This document shows, piece after piece, positions 10,745 to 20,513 of a stretch of 64,000 bases of DNA; the stretch's first letter is position 1; every line of letters begins with the position of its first letter. The stretch covers positions 96,001 through 160,000 of the forward strand of contig CBDCVK010000008.1 of assembly GCA_965223005.1 (NCBI GenBank), written 5' to 3'. The position numbers were made by a program, and so were the translations under genes. The notes beneath the pieces were generated by a model. It was given only the letters and a program-made list of their open reading frames with translations. It was not told where the DNA came from and searched no databases. Origin of the DNA: Terriglobia bacterium (lineage in GTDB: Bacteria > Acidobacteriota > Terriglobia > JAJPHL01 > JAPKYU01).

Positions 10745-11665
10745 CTAGCCCAGCCGGCCGAAGTTCCAACCGACCAGCAGGAACGAAATGGCAATCATCA
10801 GCAGCACAGTGTAGCTGGCAAACCGCCAGGCGAGAATGGAGGTGCGTTGGAACAAGGGAGTGTCGCTAACCAGCGCGCCGAACACCAGGCCTGCCAGCAG
10901 CCCGCCGATGTGGGCGGCGTTGTCAATTCCGGGAATGAAGAATCCGAAAACTAGACCGTAGATGGCCCAGCGCATGTACATCGTTTTGACCTGCGCACCG
11001 AGAGCCGTACGGTGCCGGTAGCCGTAGGCAATCATCACGCCAATCAAACCAAACAGAGCGCCTGATGCGCCAACCGAAACGGCGAACGGGTGCCACAGCA
11101 AGCTGGCCAGACTGCCGGCAATGCCCGCCAGAAAGTAGAGCACCAAGTAGCGGGCGGTGCCGTACATTTCCTCAACAGCTGGGCCGAGGTCGAACAGAAC
11201 CAGGCTGTTAAACAACAGGTGGATCAGATTGCCATGCAGGAAGACAGCGGTTACCAGGCGCCACCACTCGCCCTCTACCACGTGGTAGTCGCGCGCGCCT
11301 AACTCCACCAGCGTCCGCCCGGGCATGCTCCCAAGTGCCTCCAGCCCGACGCCGCTGCGGGCCGCCGCCACCAGGGAAATCCCGAACAGGAAAAAGTTTG
11401 CCCCAAGCAGCAACGTAGTATAGCGAGCTCTTTCGGGCACCAATCCGGTGAGCAAGCGTCGGATGCCAACCCGGTGGACGGCTGACAGCGACTCGTTGCA
11501 GTACGGGCACCGCGACTCCTTCGCACCCACCAAGGCGCGACAGGCCGGGCAAACCTTTTGCTTCGCCATGCTGGCTTTAAAGAGCCAGCTGAGCCTGTCC
11601 AACCGGTCCCTCAGCGAGCGGCGGTACCGCTCCAGTTTCCACCTCATGTGGGGCGAGAGAGGCAT
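10745..11665 (-). CDS. Rhomboid intramembrane serine protease with an N-terminal zinc ribbon
   Basis: WWRLVTAVFLH, HLLFNS, catalytic GASGA and AHIGG; N-terminal CPAC...CPYC. Confidence 0.92.
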   Translation of the reverse strand: MPLSPHMRWKLERYRRSLRDRLDRLSWLFKASMAKQKVCPACRALVGAKESRCPYCNESLSAVHRVGIRRLLTGLVPERARYTTLLLGANFFLFGISLVAAARSGVGLEALGSMPGRTLVELGARDYHVVEGEWWRLVTAVFLHGNLIHLLFNSLVLFDLGPAVEEMYGTARYLVLYFLAGIAGSLASLLWHPFAVSVGASGALFGLIGVMIAYGYRHRTALGAQVKTMYMRWAIYGLVFGFFIPGIDNAAHIGGLLAGLVFGALVSDTPLFQRTSILAWRFASYTVLLMIAISFLLVGWNFGRLG

Positions 11666-11753
11666 CGTCCGATTCCATTATAGTACCGTTATAGTACCGT
11701 GCTCGCCGCGTGGCCCGTCCCGGAATCCGCTGCAGAGTGTGTTTCAATAAGCC

Positions 11754-12473
11754 ATGAATTCTCGGCACGCTCGGCTGATCTTGGTTGCGCTGCTGGCGCT
11801 GGTGCTGGTGGTGGGCGCCACCGGGTGTGGCAAGAAACGAAGTGCCGGGAAACGCGCGCCGCGACTTCCTTCCCCTGTCGCGGTGCAACCAGGAGACTTC
11901 GAGTACGGGTACGCCAGTTGGTACGGCCATCCCTACCACGGCCGGCGGACTTCCAACGGCGAAACTTACGACATGCACAAGCTGACGGCTGCCCATCGCA
12001 CCCTGCCCTTTGGCACCGAGGTGGAAGTGACCAACAGGGAGAATGAGCGGAAGGTGCAGGTGCGCATCAACGATCGCGGCCCGTTTGTGGACGGTCGCAT
12101 CATTGACCTGTCGCTGAAGGCTGCCAAAGCCATCCGCCTGGTTGGCCCCGGGACGGCCCTGGTACAGGTAAAAATCCTTCGCGTTCCGGAGAACGGCGCC
12201 CCTTCCTCCGCCGGTGGTGGAGGTGGCGCGGGGACTCGCAACGGCCGTTACACTGTGCAGGTGGGTGCCTTTGCCGACAAGCGCAATGCCGACCGATTGC
12301 GCGCCCGGCTCGCCCGCAGCTATCCCCAGTATCCTGTGCTCCTGAACCGGACCCCCAGCGGGCACCGCTACCGCGTTTGGGTGGGCAATGAGCCCAGCGA
12401 GCAACGAGCCGCCTTGATCGCCGGACAGCTCCGGCAGGACCGCCTCTCCGTTTTCGTGGTACGCCTCGACTAA
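11754..12473 (+). CDS. rlpA: Septal ring lytic transglycosylase RlpA family lipoprotein (DPBB + SPOR)
   Basis: Lipobox-like ATGC; GYASWYG, TAAHRTLPFG, INDRGPF, IIDLS; SPOR motif YTVQVGAF...NA. Confidence 0.93.
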   Translation: MNSRHARLILVALLALVLVVGATGCGKKRSAGKRAPRLPSPVAVQPGDFEYGYASWYGHPYHGRRTSNGETYDMHKLTAAHRTLPFGTEVEVTNRENERKVQVRINDRGPFVDGRIIDLSLKAAKAIRLVGPGTALVQVKILRVPENGAPSSAGGGGGAGTRNGRYTVQVGAFADKRNADRLRARLARSYPQYPVLLNRTPSGHRYRVWVGNEPSEQRAALIAGQLRQDRLSVFVVRLD

Positions 12474-12681
12474 TACCCTAACCGGCTGAAGTAGTGCTTT
12501 CCCGGGGTAGCGAGTTGCTTTCTGGATAGCTGTGCTATGAGGCGGTAGTAGGAATTAGCCGTTACCGTATTACAATTCAAATGCTCCCTATTGTGTGTGC
12601 TGCCTGCTTCTGAATATGGAGGATCACGGCCTGTCACGGCCTACCGGCGAACACACATGATTCAGAGAGGGGTAACTGCTC

Positions 12682-13158
12682 ATGCCTCTAACTTTTCGTT
12701 TTGCCACACCGGCTGATCATCCGCGCGTTGAAGAGCTAGCCATCAGCAGCTTCGAGTCCATTACTTATTTCCGCCTTATTGGCGAGAAGTTTGGCTCCTT
12801 GAACGGTAAGGACTGGAAGGACCACTGGAGGCTACGGATGCAGAGGATCTTCGAGACCCAAATCATCCTGCTGGGCGAAACCAACGGGGAGATCGTGGGA
12901 TTCTCCAGCGGGACCATCGACCCCGAACTTCGGCTGGGCTATGTGGACCTTTTGGCCGTCGATCCCAAGGCTCAGGGCAAAGGCTATGGGCGACAGCTGT
13001 TGAACGCTATGCTCCGTGCCTTCTTGGATCGTGGCGCTGAGCACGCCTACCTAGACTGCTTGGTTGAGAACGATGTCGGGAACACGCTCTATCGCACTGA
13101 AGGATTTGAGGAGGTAGCCCGCAGTATTCGATGGTTCATCAAGATTCGCCCCGAGTAA
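12682..13158 (+). CDS. GNAT family N-acetyltransferase
   Basis: Acetyl-CoA motif LAVDPKAQGKGYGRQLL; N..LY...GF. Confidence 0.88.
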   Translation: MPLTFRFATPADHPRVEELAISSFESITYFRLIGEKFGSLNGKDWKDHWRLRMQRIFETQIILLGETNGEIVGFSSGTIDPELRLGYVDLLAVDPKAQGKGYGRQLLNAMLRAFLDRGAEHAYLDCLVENDVGNTLYRTEGFEEVARSIRWFIKIRPE

Positions 13159-13177
13159 CCCAGGCCGCCCACTCGTT

Positions 13178-14002
13178 TCAATACTTGCTCTCCTCCATCT
13201 CCACGCGAACCTCCAACGTTTCACCAGCCTTGATTTCAATCGTGCGCTCCCAATCCTTGAAACCATACTTTTGCACCTTGACCTTGTACTGGCCCGGTGC
13301 CAATGCTCTGGACTGTGGACAGACTCCACCGTAGATTCCGTCGATCCGGACTTCAAGCCAAGCAGGATCGCAAGTTAACTTCAGGACACCTTGCATGTCT
13401 CCGGATCTGTCGTCCTCTTGGGATGCGACGGTCTGCGTAGTGTCCTTCACGGCCCCCTCTTGGGATGTGACGGTCTGCGTAGTGTCCTTCGCGCTCTCCT
13501 CTCGGGATGCGACGGTCTGCTCGGTGTCCGTCACGCTCTCCTCTTGGGATGCGACGGTCTGCTCAGTGTTCGTCACGCCCTCCTCTCGGGATGCCACGGT
13601 CCGGCCGGTCACTTCCTCGACAGTCCCAAGCACGCTTTGGTAGTTGCTCTTGTGGAGCTTGAACTCGACCTTACCAACCAGGTCCGCGCCGTCATTGAAC
13701 GACAGAGCCATGTAGTGCTTGCGACCTTTGGTCAACAGGAACGTGCCTTTCCGCCTCCCGGAAACACTCGAGTAGAGCACTTCCGTCACCGCCTTCGCCG
13801 GTATCGAGAAGTATTCGGTCACTCCGTCTTTTTTCGTAAACTGAATCCGCTCACTGTTGATGACCAGCTTGCCTTTGTCGCCCTCCTCCGCTTCGAGGAA
13901 GTTCGTCCGGATTTGAACTTTGTCAAACGTGACCTGTGCCCAGGCAGGGATCGAGCATGTTGCCAAGAAGAGAGCGACTGAAAATATCCCCATCTTTCTC
14001 AT
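13178..14002 (-). CDS. Secreted PEGA-domain protein with a 14-aa tandem-repeat linker
   Basis: Signal peptide ending AWA-Q; AGGAGG RBS; C-terminal PEGA-like VRIDG...LAPGQYKVKVQKYGFKDW. Confidence 0.75.
   Translation of the reverse strand: MRKMGIFSVALFLATCSIPAWAQVTFDKVQIRTNFLEAEEGDKGKLVINSERIQFTKKDGVTEYFSIPAKAVTEVLYSSVSGRRKGTFLLTKGRKHYMALSFNDGADLVGKVEFKLHKSNYQSVLGTVEEVTGRTVASREEGVTNTEQTVASQEESVTDTEQTVASREESAKDTTQTVTSQEGAVKDTTQTVASQEDDRSGDMQGVLKLTCDPAWLEVRIDGIYGGVCPQSRALAPGQYKVKVQKYGFKDWERTIEIKAGETLEVRVEMEESKY
13414..13601. repeat. 42-bp coding tandem repeat, about 4.5 copies (TVASxEExVxDTxQ)
   Basis: CCTCTYGGGATGYSACGGTC recurs at 13414, 13456, 13498, 13540 and 13582 (period 42). Confidence 0.92.
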
Positions 14003-14035
14003 GACGGTCCTCCTGTTGCCGGTGTTTTACCTGGG

Positions 14036-14064
14036 ATCATGTGTTCCCAGCGTAGTGAAGTCAA
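14036..14064 (-). promoter_or_regulatory. Putative sigma70 promoter for the PEGA gene
   Basis: On the minus strand TTGACT-N17-CATGAT; an inverted repeat CTGGGA...TCCCAG flanks the -10. Confidence 0.45.
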
Positions 14065-14143
14065 GCCGTATCTGGTGCGCAGGAAGCAGCAGCATCCGAC
14101 GAAGATGTCAACAGGGCCACTGCGCTCGATGGCCAAATACAGA

Positions 14144-14989
14144 TCAAAACATTGTGCCAAGGACTGCGCAACCAGCGGTGATCGCTACGGTTTTAGTGGT
14201 GCTTTTCTGCGCTAGCGGGGACTCAAAGATAGCTCTATTGCCGCACGCTACGTCGACCTTGTTGTTCTGAATGGTGTTTGGCGGACTCAATGTTCCGACG
14301 TACGCGTACTGCTGCCCGACCCAAACCCCCTTGGCGGAATTATTTTCGATTGTGTTCCCTCCAAGATCAACAGATGACATCTTGGTCACCCAAAGTCCGT
14401 TCTTGTTGTTCTTGATCTTGTTGCCACGAACATTGGCCGAGCTGCTCAGATCTATGGCAATCCCACTGCCAGAATTGTTGTGGATTGTATTTTCAACCAC
14501 GTTTGCACTCGAACTCTTCGTCACGAACACTCCCACGCCGTTGCTGCTGATCGTACTCTGCCGAATGTCGGCAAAGCTCGTGTTTCCGACAAACACACCT
14601 GCGGTGGAAGCATTCCGGACAGTCACGTTGTTGAGGCTGACCGAGCCGCTAGCAACTTCGATCGCCAAATTGGCGCCACTGCCATCGACCGTGAGACCGC
14701 GAAGTTCTACAGCAGCTCCACTTATCAAAAGAACACTCTCGCTGCCAGGCGCCGACAGTGTTGCGGGACCGGTCAACGTGAAATTCCTGGTAATGCGCAA
14801 AGGTCCCTCGCAGGTCCCGATAACGAAGATCTCCGCATCCGCCGCGCTATTGATTTGCCGCTGGAGGCCGTGGCCCTTGGTATCGCAATTGATAGAGGTT
14901 TGTTGCGCATGAAGCCGTGAAACTGACACAGCGAACACTGCCACAACCGCCAGGACAACCACGAGGACTCGTTTCACAGAGATTGACAT
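14144..14989 (-). CDS. Secreted right-handed parallel beta-helix (NosD/pectin-lyase-like) protein
   Basis: Signal peptide; repeated N.I.NN..G(I/V).V..SS coils; AGGAGG RBS. Confidence 0.8.
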   Translation of the reverse strand: MSISVKRVLVVVLAVVAVFAVSVSRLHAQQTSINCDTKGHGLQRQINSAADAEIFVIGTCEGPLRITRNFTLTGPATLSAPGSESVLLISGAAVELRGLTVDGSGANLAIEVASGSVSLNNVTVRNASTAGVFVGNTSFADIRQSTISSNGVGVFVTKSSSANVVENTIHNNSGSGIAIDLSSSANVRGNKIKNNKNGLWVTKMSSVDLGGNTIENNSAKGVWVGQQYAYVGTLSPPNTIQNNKVDVACGNRAIFESPLAQKSTTKTVAITAGCAVLGTMF

Positions 14990-15048
14990 TGTTCCTCCTT
15001 CTTCGTCTGGAGCTGCAATTTCCGATTCGTGCTTCCCTTTCGCTCAGC

Positions 15049-15076
15049 AGCATACGTCAGCCACCCTCCGTGTCAA
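15049..15076 (-). promoter_or_regulatory. Putative sigma70 promoter for the beta-helix gene
   Basis: On the minus strand TTGACA-N16-TATGCT, about 60 nt upstream of the start. Confidence 0.55.
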
Positions 15077-15194
15077 GCTGAGACCGGATGGGCAGCGACC
15101 ACGGATGCGCTACGAGAATCAGGCTCTCGATGCCGAGGGCTAGGGAGTCGAGGATGTCAACCGAGTGAGATCGCTTCGTTGCTGAGATCGAGGC

Positions 15195-16106
15195 TCAGAC
15201 GTCGCAGAGCAGCACGGCCTCTCGCAGTGAAGCCATCGGATCGCGCTTGGGGACGAACTCGTGCGCCATGTAGCCGCTGAACCCGGTCTCGATGATGGCC
15301 TGGGTGACGGTGGCGTAGTTGAGTTCCTGCGTGCTGTCGATCTCGTTGCGCCCAGGAACACCGCCCGTGTGGAAGTGGGCGATGTACTGAATGTTGTCGC
15401 GGATCGTGCGGATCACATCGCCTTCCATGATCTGCATGTGGTAGATGTCGTGGAGCAACCGGAACCGGGGCGAGTTCACCCGCTTCACCAGTTCCACACC
15501 CCACTCCGTGCGGTCGCACTGGTAATCGGGGTGGTCGACCTTGCTGTTCAGCGGCTCCATGCAGATCATGATGTCTTTGTCTTCGGCCTGGGGGGTGACT
15601 TTTTTCAGGAAAATGTAGCAGTTCTCGAGGCCCTCTTCGTCGGTCATGCCGCGGCGGTTGCCGGAGAAGCAGATCAGGTTGGGTACGCCGGCCTTGGCGG
15701 CCAGGTCAATGTTCTTGCGGCACTCCTCCTCGGATTTGGGATGGTTGGCTTTGGTGTTGATTCCGTCGGGAGGGTTTCCTCCCGCGACGTATCCCATCAC
15801 CGGTCGAATCCCGTACTTGAACGCGGTGCCCCAGTCAGGCGGCCGGATCAGGTCTATGCCCACGATGCCCATCTTGGCCGATTCGCGCACCAGCTCTTCG
15901 ACCGACAGTTTCGGATAGCACCATTTGCACACTGACTGCTGGATGCGCCCCTTCAGCTTCTGCCGGCCGGCCTCGCCGTGATGGTCGGGCTTTGCGATCG
16001 CTGCCACGGCCCCCGGTTCCGCCAGCGCCCCGGCCACCGCCGCTGTGGCGCCGGCCGTCACGCGGGCCAACGCGGACCGGCGAGTGATTCGTTCCGCTTG
16101 GCTCAT
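15195..16106 (-). CDS. Tat-exported hydroxypyruvate isomerase-like TIM-barrel protein
   Basis: ITRRSAL Tat motif; ICFSGNR, CMEPLNS.VDH.DY, DIYHMQIMEGD, HFHTGGVPGRNE and AHEF. Confidence 0.88.
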   Translation of the reverse strand: MSQAERITRRSALARVTAGATAAVAGALAEPGAVAAIAKPDHHGEAGRQKLKGRIQQSVCKWCYPKLSVEELVRESAKMGIVGIDLIRPPDWGTAFKYGIRPVMGYVAGGNPPDGINTKANHPKSEEECRKNIDLAAKAGVPNLICFSGNRRGMTDEEGLENCYIFLKKVTPQAEDKDIMICMEPLNSKVDHPDYQCDRTEWGVELVKRVNSPRFRLLHDIYHMQIMEGDVIRTIRDNIQYIAHFHTGGVPGRNEIDSTQELNYATVTQAIIETGFSGYMAHEFVPKRDPMASLREAVLLCDV

Positions 16107-16212
16107 GATGCCCTCCTCGGCTCGAAAGACCTGACCGCACCCCAGGGGGCGGGGTTCCTGCCATCTGGACTGCAGCGGCCCTATGTCAGCAGGACGGCCA
16201 AGAGTGATTTTG

Positions 16213-17361
16213 CTAATCCGTCACCTGCTCTAAGATGGCGAAATCACCGGGGTTCCACGCCTGCGCGATAACATAGAACTTACCGCCAACCTTCAGAATC
16301 ACAGCATTGTGGATGTGCTGAAAGTTCTTCAGGCCCAGATCCTCCTTGGGCATGAGGGTCGAAATCAGTTTGTCATTCTTCAGGATGTGGATAGGAGCGC
16401 CTTTGCTCCGGTCAGGCCCGTGCAGAGAACCTGCCACGGCATAGTTCCCTTCATAATCGATATCACCAGGGTAGGTGCCGTTAGGGAAGTTCACCGTGGC
16501 GCGATGATGGCCGTAGCGAGTGAAGCGATCTATCTCGGCGTTCGGTCGATCCGAAACATCCAGCCGCTTAATTCCTTGGGGCACGGTAATGCCATGTGCC
16601 GAGCCGAACTGGCCGACTCCACCCCCCTTGCCGCCAAACGCCAGGTGGTGCCAAACCGTCCGGAAAGGATTCGTGCTCACAATCCGGGCGGTCAATACGA
16701 AGTCCAGGCTCGAATAGCCGGTTGTCACATAAAAAAGCCCGTCCAGCTGCTCCACGTCGGTCGGCACGAAATTTCCCAGCGCGGAGAAGTACTGGTTGAC
16801 TGTCGGTTCATCGAAGTCGTCCTTCGCGGTCGGTGCGTTCAGGGTGTGAACAAGTTTCCCTTCGAGAGTTGTCGTGAAGACGTGGCCAGTATCGTTCGCT
16901 GGAAAAGTTAAATACGCGGTGCCATCGGGAGCATACCAGATGGTGGTATTGTGCATGTTCGTGTTGTTCACTTCGTCTGGCGTCTTTAGCAGTCGAATCG
17001 TTTTGAGATCACCGCTGATCTGCATAATTCCCGCCCCAGTCAGTGCGAAGTAGATTTCCCCTTTTCCCGGGCGGCGATCGACTGCGAAGCCGCCGTGGGC
17101 GGCCTTCAACACCTTCTGGGCTTCTTTCGGCAGATGATCGGAGGTGTACAAGACCTTGAATTTCATCTCTCCCTGGCCGCTGATTCCCGCAGCGTGTGAT
17201 GTAGCGGCCGCCGAAGATGCGGGCGCTGCCTTTGCCAAAGCTGCAAAACCAGGAGCACGATGCGCATGAACTGGCGCTACGCACGGGCTCGTTGCAACTA
17301 CGATGACGAAACTCCAAAGCACAACCTTTGTCACTAGCTTCATAGGTGTCACTCGCTCCAT
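16213..17361 (-). CDS. Secreted hypothetical protein with a probable NHL-like beta-propeller
   Basis: Signal peptide; AHGGFAVD, PTDV, YVTTGYS, FGSAHGITV, SDRPN and HIHNA resemble NHL/peptidylglycine-lyase-like blades. Confidence 0.6.
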   Translation of the reverse strand: MERVTPMKLVTKVVLWSFVIVVATSPCVAPVHAHRAPGFAALAKAAPASSAAATSHAAGISGQGEMKFKVLYTSDHLPKEAQKVLKAAHGGFAVDRRPGKGEIYFALTGAGIMQISGDLKTIRLLKTPDEVNNTNMHNTTIWYAPDGTAYLTFPANDTGHVFTTTLEGKLVHTLNAPTAKDDFDEPTVNQYFSALGNFVPTDVEQLDGLFYVTTGYSSLDFVLTARIVSTNPFRTVWHHLAFGGKGGGVGQFGSAHGITVPQGIKRLDVSDRPNAEIDRFTRYGHHRATVNFPNGTYPGDIDYEGNYAVAGSLHGPDRSKGAPIHILKNDKLISTLMPKEDLGLKNFQHIHNAVILKVGGKFYVIAQAWNPGDFAILEQVTD

Positions 17362-17533
17362 TGGGAGAAACCCTCCTTTGCGTGGAATCTGATCATAACC
17401 GGTGGAAGAGAGTCTATTGGACTGGGATTCCCTTTTTGAGCTTCTCCTTCGCCCAAAAGCATCAGAAGCGTACGCCCGCCGTTCTGTCGAGTCAAGCTCA
17501 GAGTGCCGTTCCTACCTGGCTCTCAGCTTTAGG

Positions 17534-18361
17534 TCAGGACGCATTCTTGCTGTCAGGCAAGAAGCGGCGGAGTCCAGCCTCGTAGACGAGGCCTCCTATC
17601 AGGGCGCCTGTCATTGGAGCCACAATATAGAGCCACCATTCATGGCCGCGCGGGCCAGGGAAGGCAATGTCACCGTAACCCACCAGATATCCGAACAGCC
17701 GAGGGCCAAAGTCACGGGCTGGATTGATCGCCACCATCGTCAGGGGCGCGCCAATGGCGATGAGGCCCATGACTGTGAGCCCGATAAAGAAGGGCGCCAG
17801 GTTCGACTTGGGGGCTGCGGGGTTCCGATCGTCTATCAAAGCGAGAATGGCAAGCACTAAGATTGCGGTCAGGACCGCTTCCGTCAGAAAAGCCGCGCCG
17901 GTAGTGACCTTCGCCCAGGCCTCAGGGCCGACGCCCACCATGCCCGGATTGGGATAGAAACAGGAAAACACCATCATCAGCTTCTGACTGCCGGGCTCAC
18001 CCGCACTGACCACCTTGGTAGGCTCCCACATTCCGAACCAGCACAGATAAATCGTGAGCGCTGCGGTGAAGGCGCCGGCTACCTGAGAGAGAATAAAGGG
18101 AAACAGTTTTCGTACGGGGAACTTGCGCCATGCCACAAGAGCAACGCTCACGGCAGGATTCAGGTGCGCGCCCGATACGCCTGCCGCTACGTAAACGCCC
18201 AACGCGACACCTACACCCCACATCATGGCCACTCCAGCCAGGTCGTAGCCCCCGGTGAATACGGCCACTGCGACCGCCGTATCACCGAGCAAGACCAAGA
18301 TGTAGGTGCCAATGAATTCAGCCGAACATTCGCCCAGGAGGGACGGACGACGCAACTCCAT
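17534..18361 (-). CDS. MIP-family aquaglyceroporin (GlpF-like)
   Basis: SGAHLNPAV and INPARDFGPR; Asp after the second NPA-R is the glyceroporin signature. Confidence 0.9.
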   Translation of the reverse strand: MELRRPSLLGECSAEFIGTYILVLLGDTAVAVAVFTGGYDLAGVAMMWGVGVALGVYVAAGVSGAHLNPAVSVALVAWRKFPVRKLFPFILSQVAGAFTAALTIYLCWFGMWEPTKVVSAGEPGSQKLMMVFSCFYPNPGMVGVGPEAWAKVTTGAAFLTEAVLTAILVLAILALIDDRNPAAPKSNLAPFFIGLTVMGLIAIGAPLTMVAINPARDFGPRLFGYLVGYGDIAFPGPRGHEWWLYIVAPMTGALIGGLVYEAGLRRFLPDSKNAS

Positions 18362-18468
18362 GCTTTATTCTCCCCGCTATGAATTTTCAGGAACGGCCCA
18401 GCAAGCCAATAGGCGTGCCCATTCTGCCACAAGTATGCGAAAACCCATACGGACTAAATTAGGCGAGA

Positions 18469-20220
18469 TCAGTTTCGGTCGGTGGGAACGAGGCGCTTCA
18501 GCTCTTCAAACCAGTTGAGCACCACGTTGATTTGTGTCGCGCCAGGCTTACCTGGCTGGATCATAAGGAACCGCTGGCCGTCGGGCGTGATGTCGTAGTT
18601 TGCACGCCCCGGGCCCGACTGAACGTAGTGTCCCTCAAACAGTAGGGTGGGAGCGCCTGCGCGAAAGGTTGGCTGCGTTGTAATCTCAACGGCCATCATC
18701 TTGTCGCCGTTGCGGTAGAACAGTTCCTTCCCGTTCTTCGCCCAGACCGCCCCATTGCCGCCTTCGGTGGAGATCTGCCACTTGCCGCCGGGGCCGGGAT
18801 ACGCCTGGACATAGACTTCCCGCCGGCCGGACTCATTGGAGACATACGCGAGCCAGCGACCGTCCGGAGAAAACACCGCCCCGGTTTCACCGAATCGGGT
18901 TTGGAGGAAGGGGCGCGGCTTGCGCTCCCCCTCGAACGGAAGAACCCAGATGTCCCACCCCGTGGTGGGATGACGTTCAAAAAAGGCCACGATTTGCCCG
19001 TCCGGCGACCAGGACGAAGGCATCTGGAAGCGTTCACTTTCCGTGAGCTGCTCTGCCGGGCTGCTGCCGTCGGCAGGTTTCCAAAACAGGTTCGCAGCGC
19101 CGCCGCCCCTGGCCGAACCAAATGTCACCCGCTTTCCATCCGGTGCCCAGAGGTGACCGAAGTTGTCTCCCTCAATCGTCAGCCGGGTCAATGTCCCCCG
19201 GGGGATGTGGTAAATCCAGACGTCGGAGTTGCCGGTTTCGGGCCCGATCTGGACGGCCAGCCGCTGGCCATCTGGTGAGAAACGGGGGTTGTCATAGTTG
19301 CGTGGAGGCGCCGCCAGGGACTCAACCGCTCCCTGACGATCTATCCAAACCAGCGTGCGCTTACTCACAGAAGGAGAACCCGGGACATAGACGAGTGATC
19401 CGCTCTTAGACACGCTGAATGGTGTCTCTCCCAGTTCTGCAGAATAATTCGCGATCCCTGAAAGGACGACGGCGGGCGATCCTGTTAACTGGAGCTGGTC
19501 GAGATCAAAGGGCGCCGCCAACAACTTGTCTTCCCGTGCAAAGACGAGGTGGCCGGTTGGTACATACCGAGCATGGGAGCCGTGCTCGATCAGGGTCCGC
19601 TGCTCGCCAGTTTCCAGTGAACGCACAGCGACTGATGGACCGCTTTTTTGCCCAACAGTGAACAGCACTGCCTTGCCGTCTGGGAGGACCTGCGGCCAGG
19701 CATGAAAGTCTTTGGTCGCCTCGATCACAGTGGCGATCACCTTAGGGGTACCCCCGGCGGCCGAAACTCGGAACAAACCAGAGGGGCCTGCGAAAATGAG
19801 AGCGTCCCCGTTCGGAGTCCAGCTTTGACCTAGATACCCCCCACCTGCTATTTCGCTGTACGTGCATAGGGTCTGGAGCGCTCCCCCGGAAACCGACACC
19901 TTCTTTAGCAGTCCGTCGAGTCCGCCGAAGGCGAGCCACTTCCCATCGGGAGAAAAAGCACCATGGAACGCCCCCGCAGTGCCGGGAATCGGCCTGCTCA
20001 GCTGTTCGTTTAAGCGATGCACGTAGAGCTGCAGGATGTCTCCCGTGCGGGCGATGTAAGCGACCTGTGTGCCATCGGGTGAAATCGACAAGTCCGGCCA
20101 AAAGGTTTGACCCTGCGGGAGGTTAATGACCACTCGGCTGGCGGGCTGCTGCGCCAACGCCAGGGTCAACGCGCACAAAATGACTCCACAAATGCCTATC
20201 CTGCGAATGGTTGACCGCAT
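18469..20220 (-). CDS. Secreted TolB-like/PD40 beta-propeller protein
   Basis: About ten (F/W)SPDG-like repeats; signal peptide MRSTIRR...ALA-QQ after GAGGG; C-terminal VVLNWFEELKRLVP. Confidence 0.82.
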   Translation of the reverse strand: MRSTIRRIGICGVILCALTLALAQQPASRVVINLPQGQTFWPDLSISPDGTQVAYIARTGDILQLYVHRLNEQLSRPIPGTAGAFHGAFSPDGKWLAFGGLDGLLKKVSVSGGALQTLCTYSEIAGGGYLGQSWTPNGDALIFAGPSGLFRVSAAGGTPKVIATVIEATKDFHAWPQVLPDGKAVLFTVGQKSGPSVAVRSLETGEQRTLIEHGSHARYVPTGHLVFAREDKLLAAPFDLDQLQLTGSPAVVLSGIANYSAELGETPFSVSKSGSLVYVPGSPSVSKRTLVWIDRQGAVESLAAPPRNYDNPRFSPDGQRLAVQIGPETGNSDVWIYHIPRGTLTRLTIEGDNFGHLWAPDGKRVTFGSARGGGAANLFWKPADGSSPAEQLTESERFQMPSSWSPDGQIVAFFERHPTTGWDIWVLPFEGERKPRPFLQTRFGETGAVFSPDGRWLAYVSNESGRREVYVQAYPGPGGKWQISTEGGNGAVWAKNGKELFYRNGDKMMAVEITTQPTFRAGAPTLLFEGHYVQSGPGRANYDITPDGQRFLMIQPGKPGATQINVVLNWFEELKRLVPTDRN

Positions 20221-20513
20221 GGTTGCCCTCCTGTTCCAACCGGGGATTTCCGATTTCACTCTCCTGCCCCGACTGTACACCCCCGGCCACTGACACGCAA
20301 TGACTTCGCAGCATGAACTGCCAAGCCTTATTTATATTCCTTCGCAGAGGGCTGCGCACCTTGCTGACTCAACCCGCGGAGACGACAGAGCGGGAGCCGG
20401 CGGGTCAATAAAAAGTGCGAGCCAGGTGAAGAGCGCATGGTACAATCCGCTCCCCCATGACCTGTTGCTTTGACATTTCCGGCCATGGAGATCTCGCGTG
20501 AACTGAGGTGATT

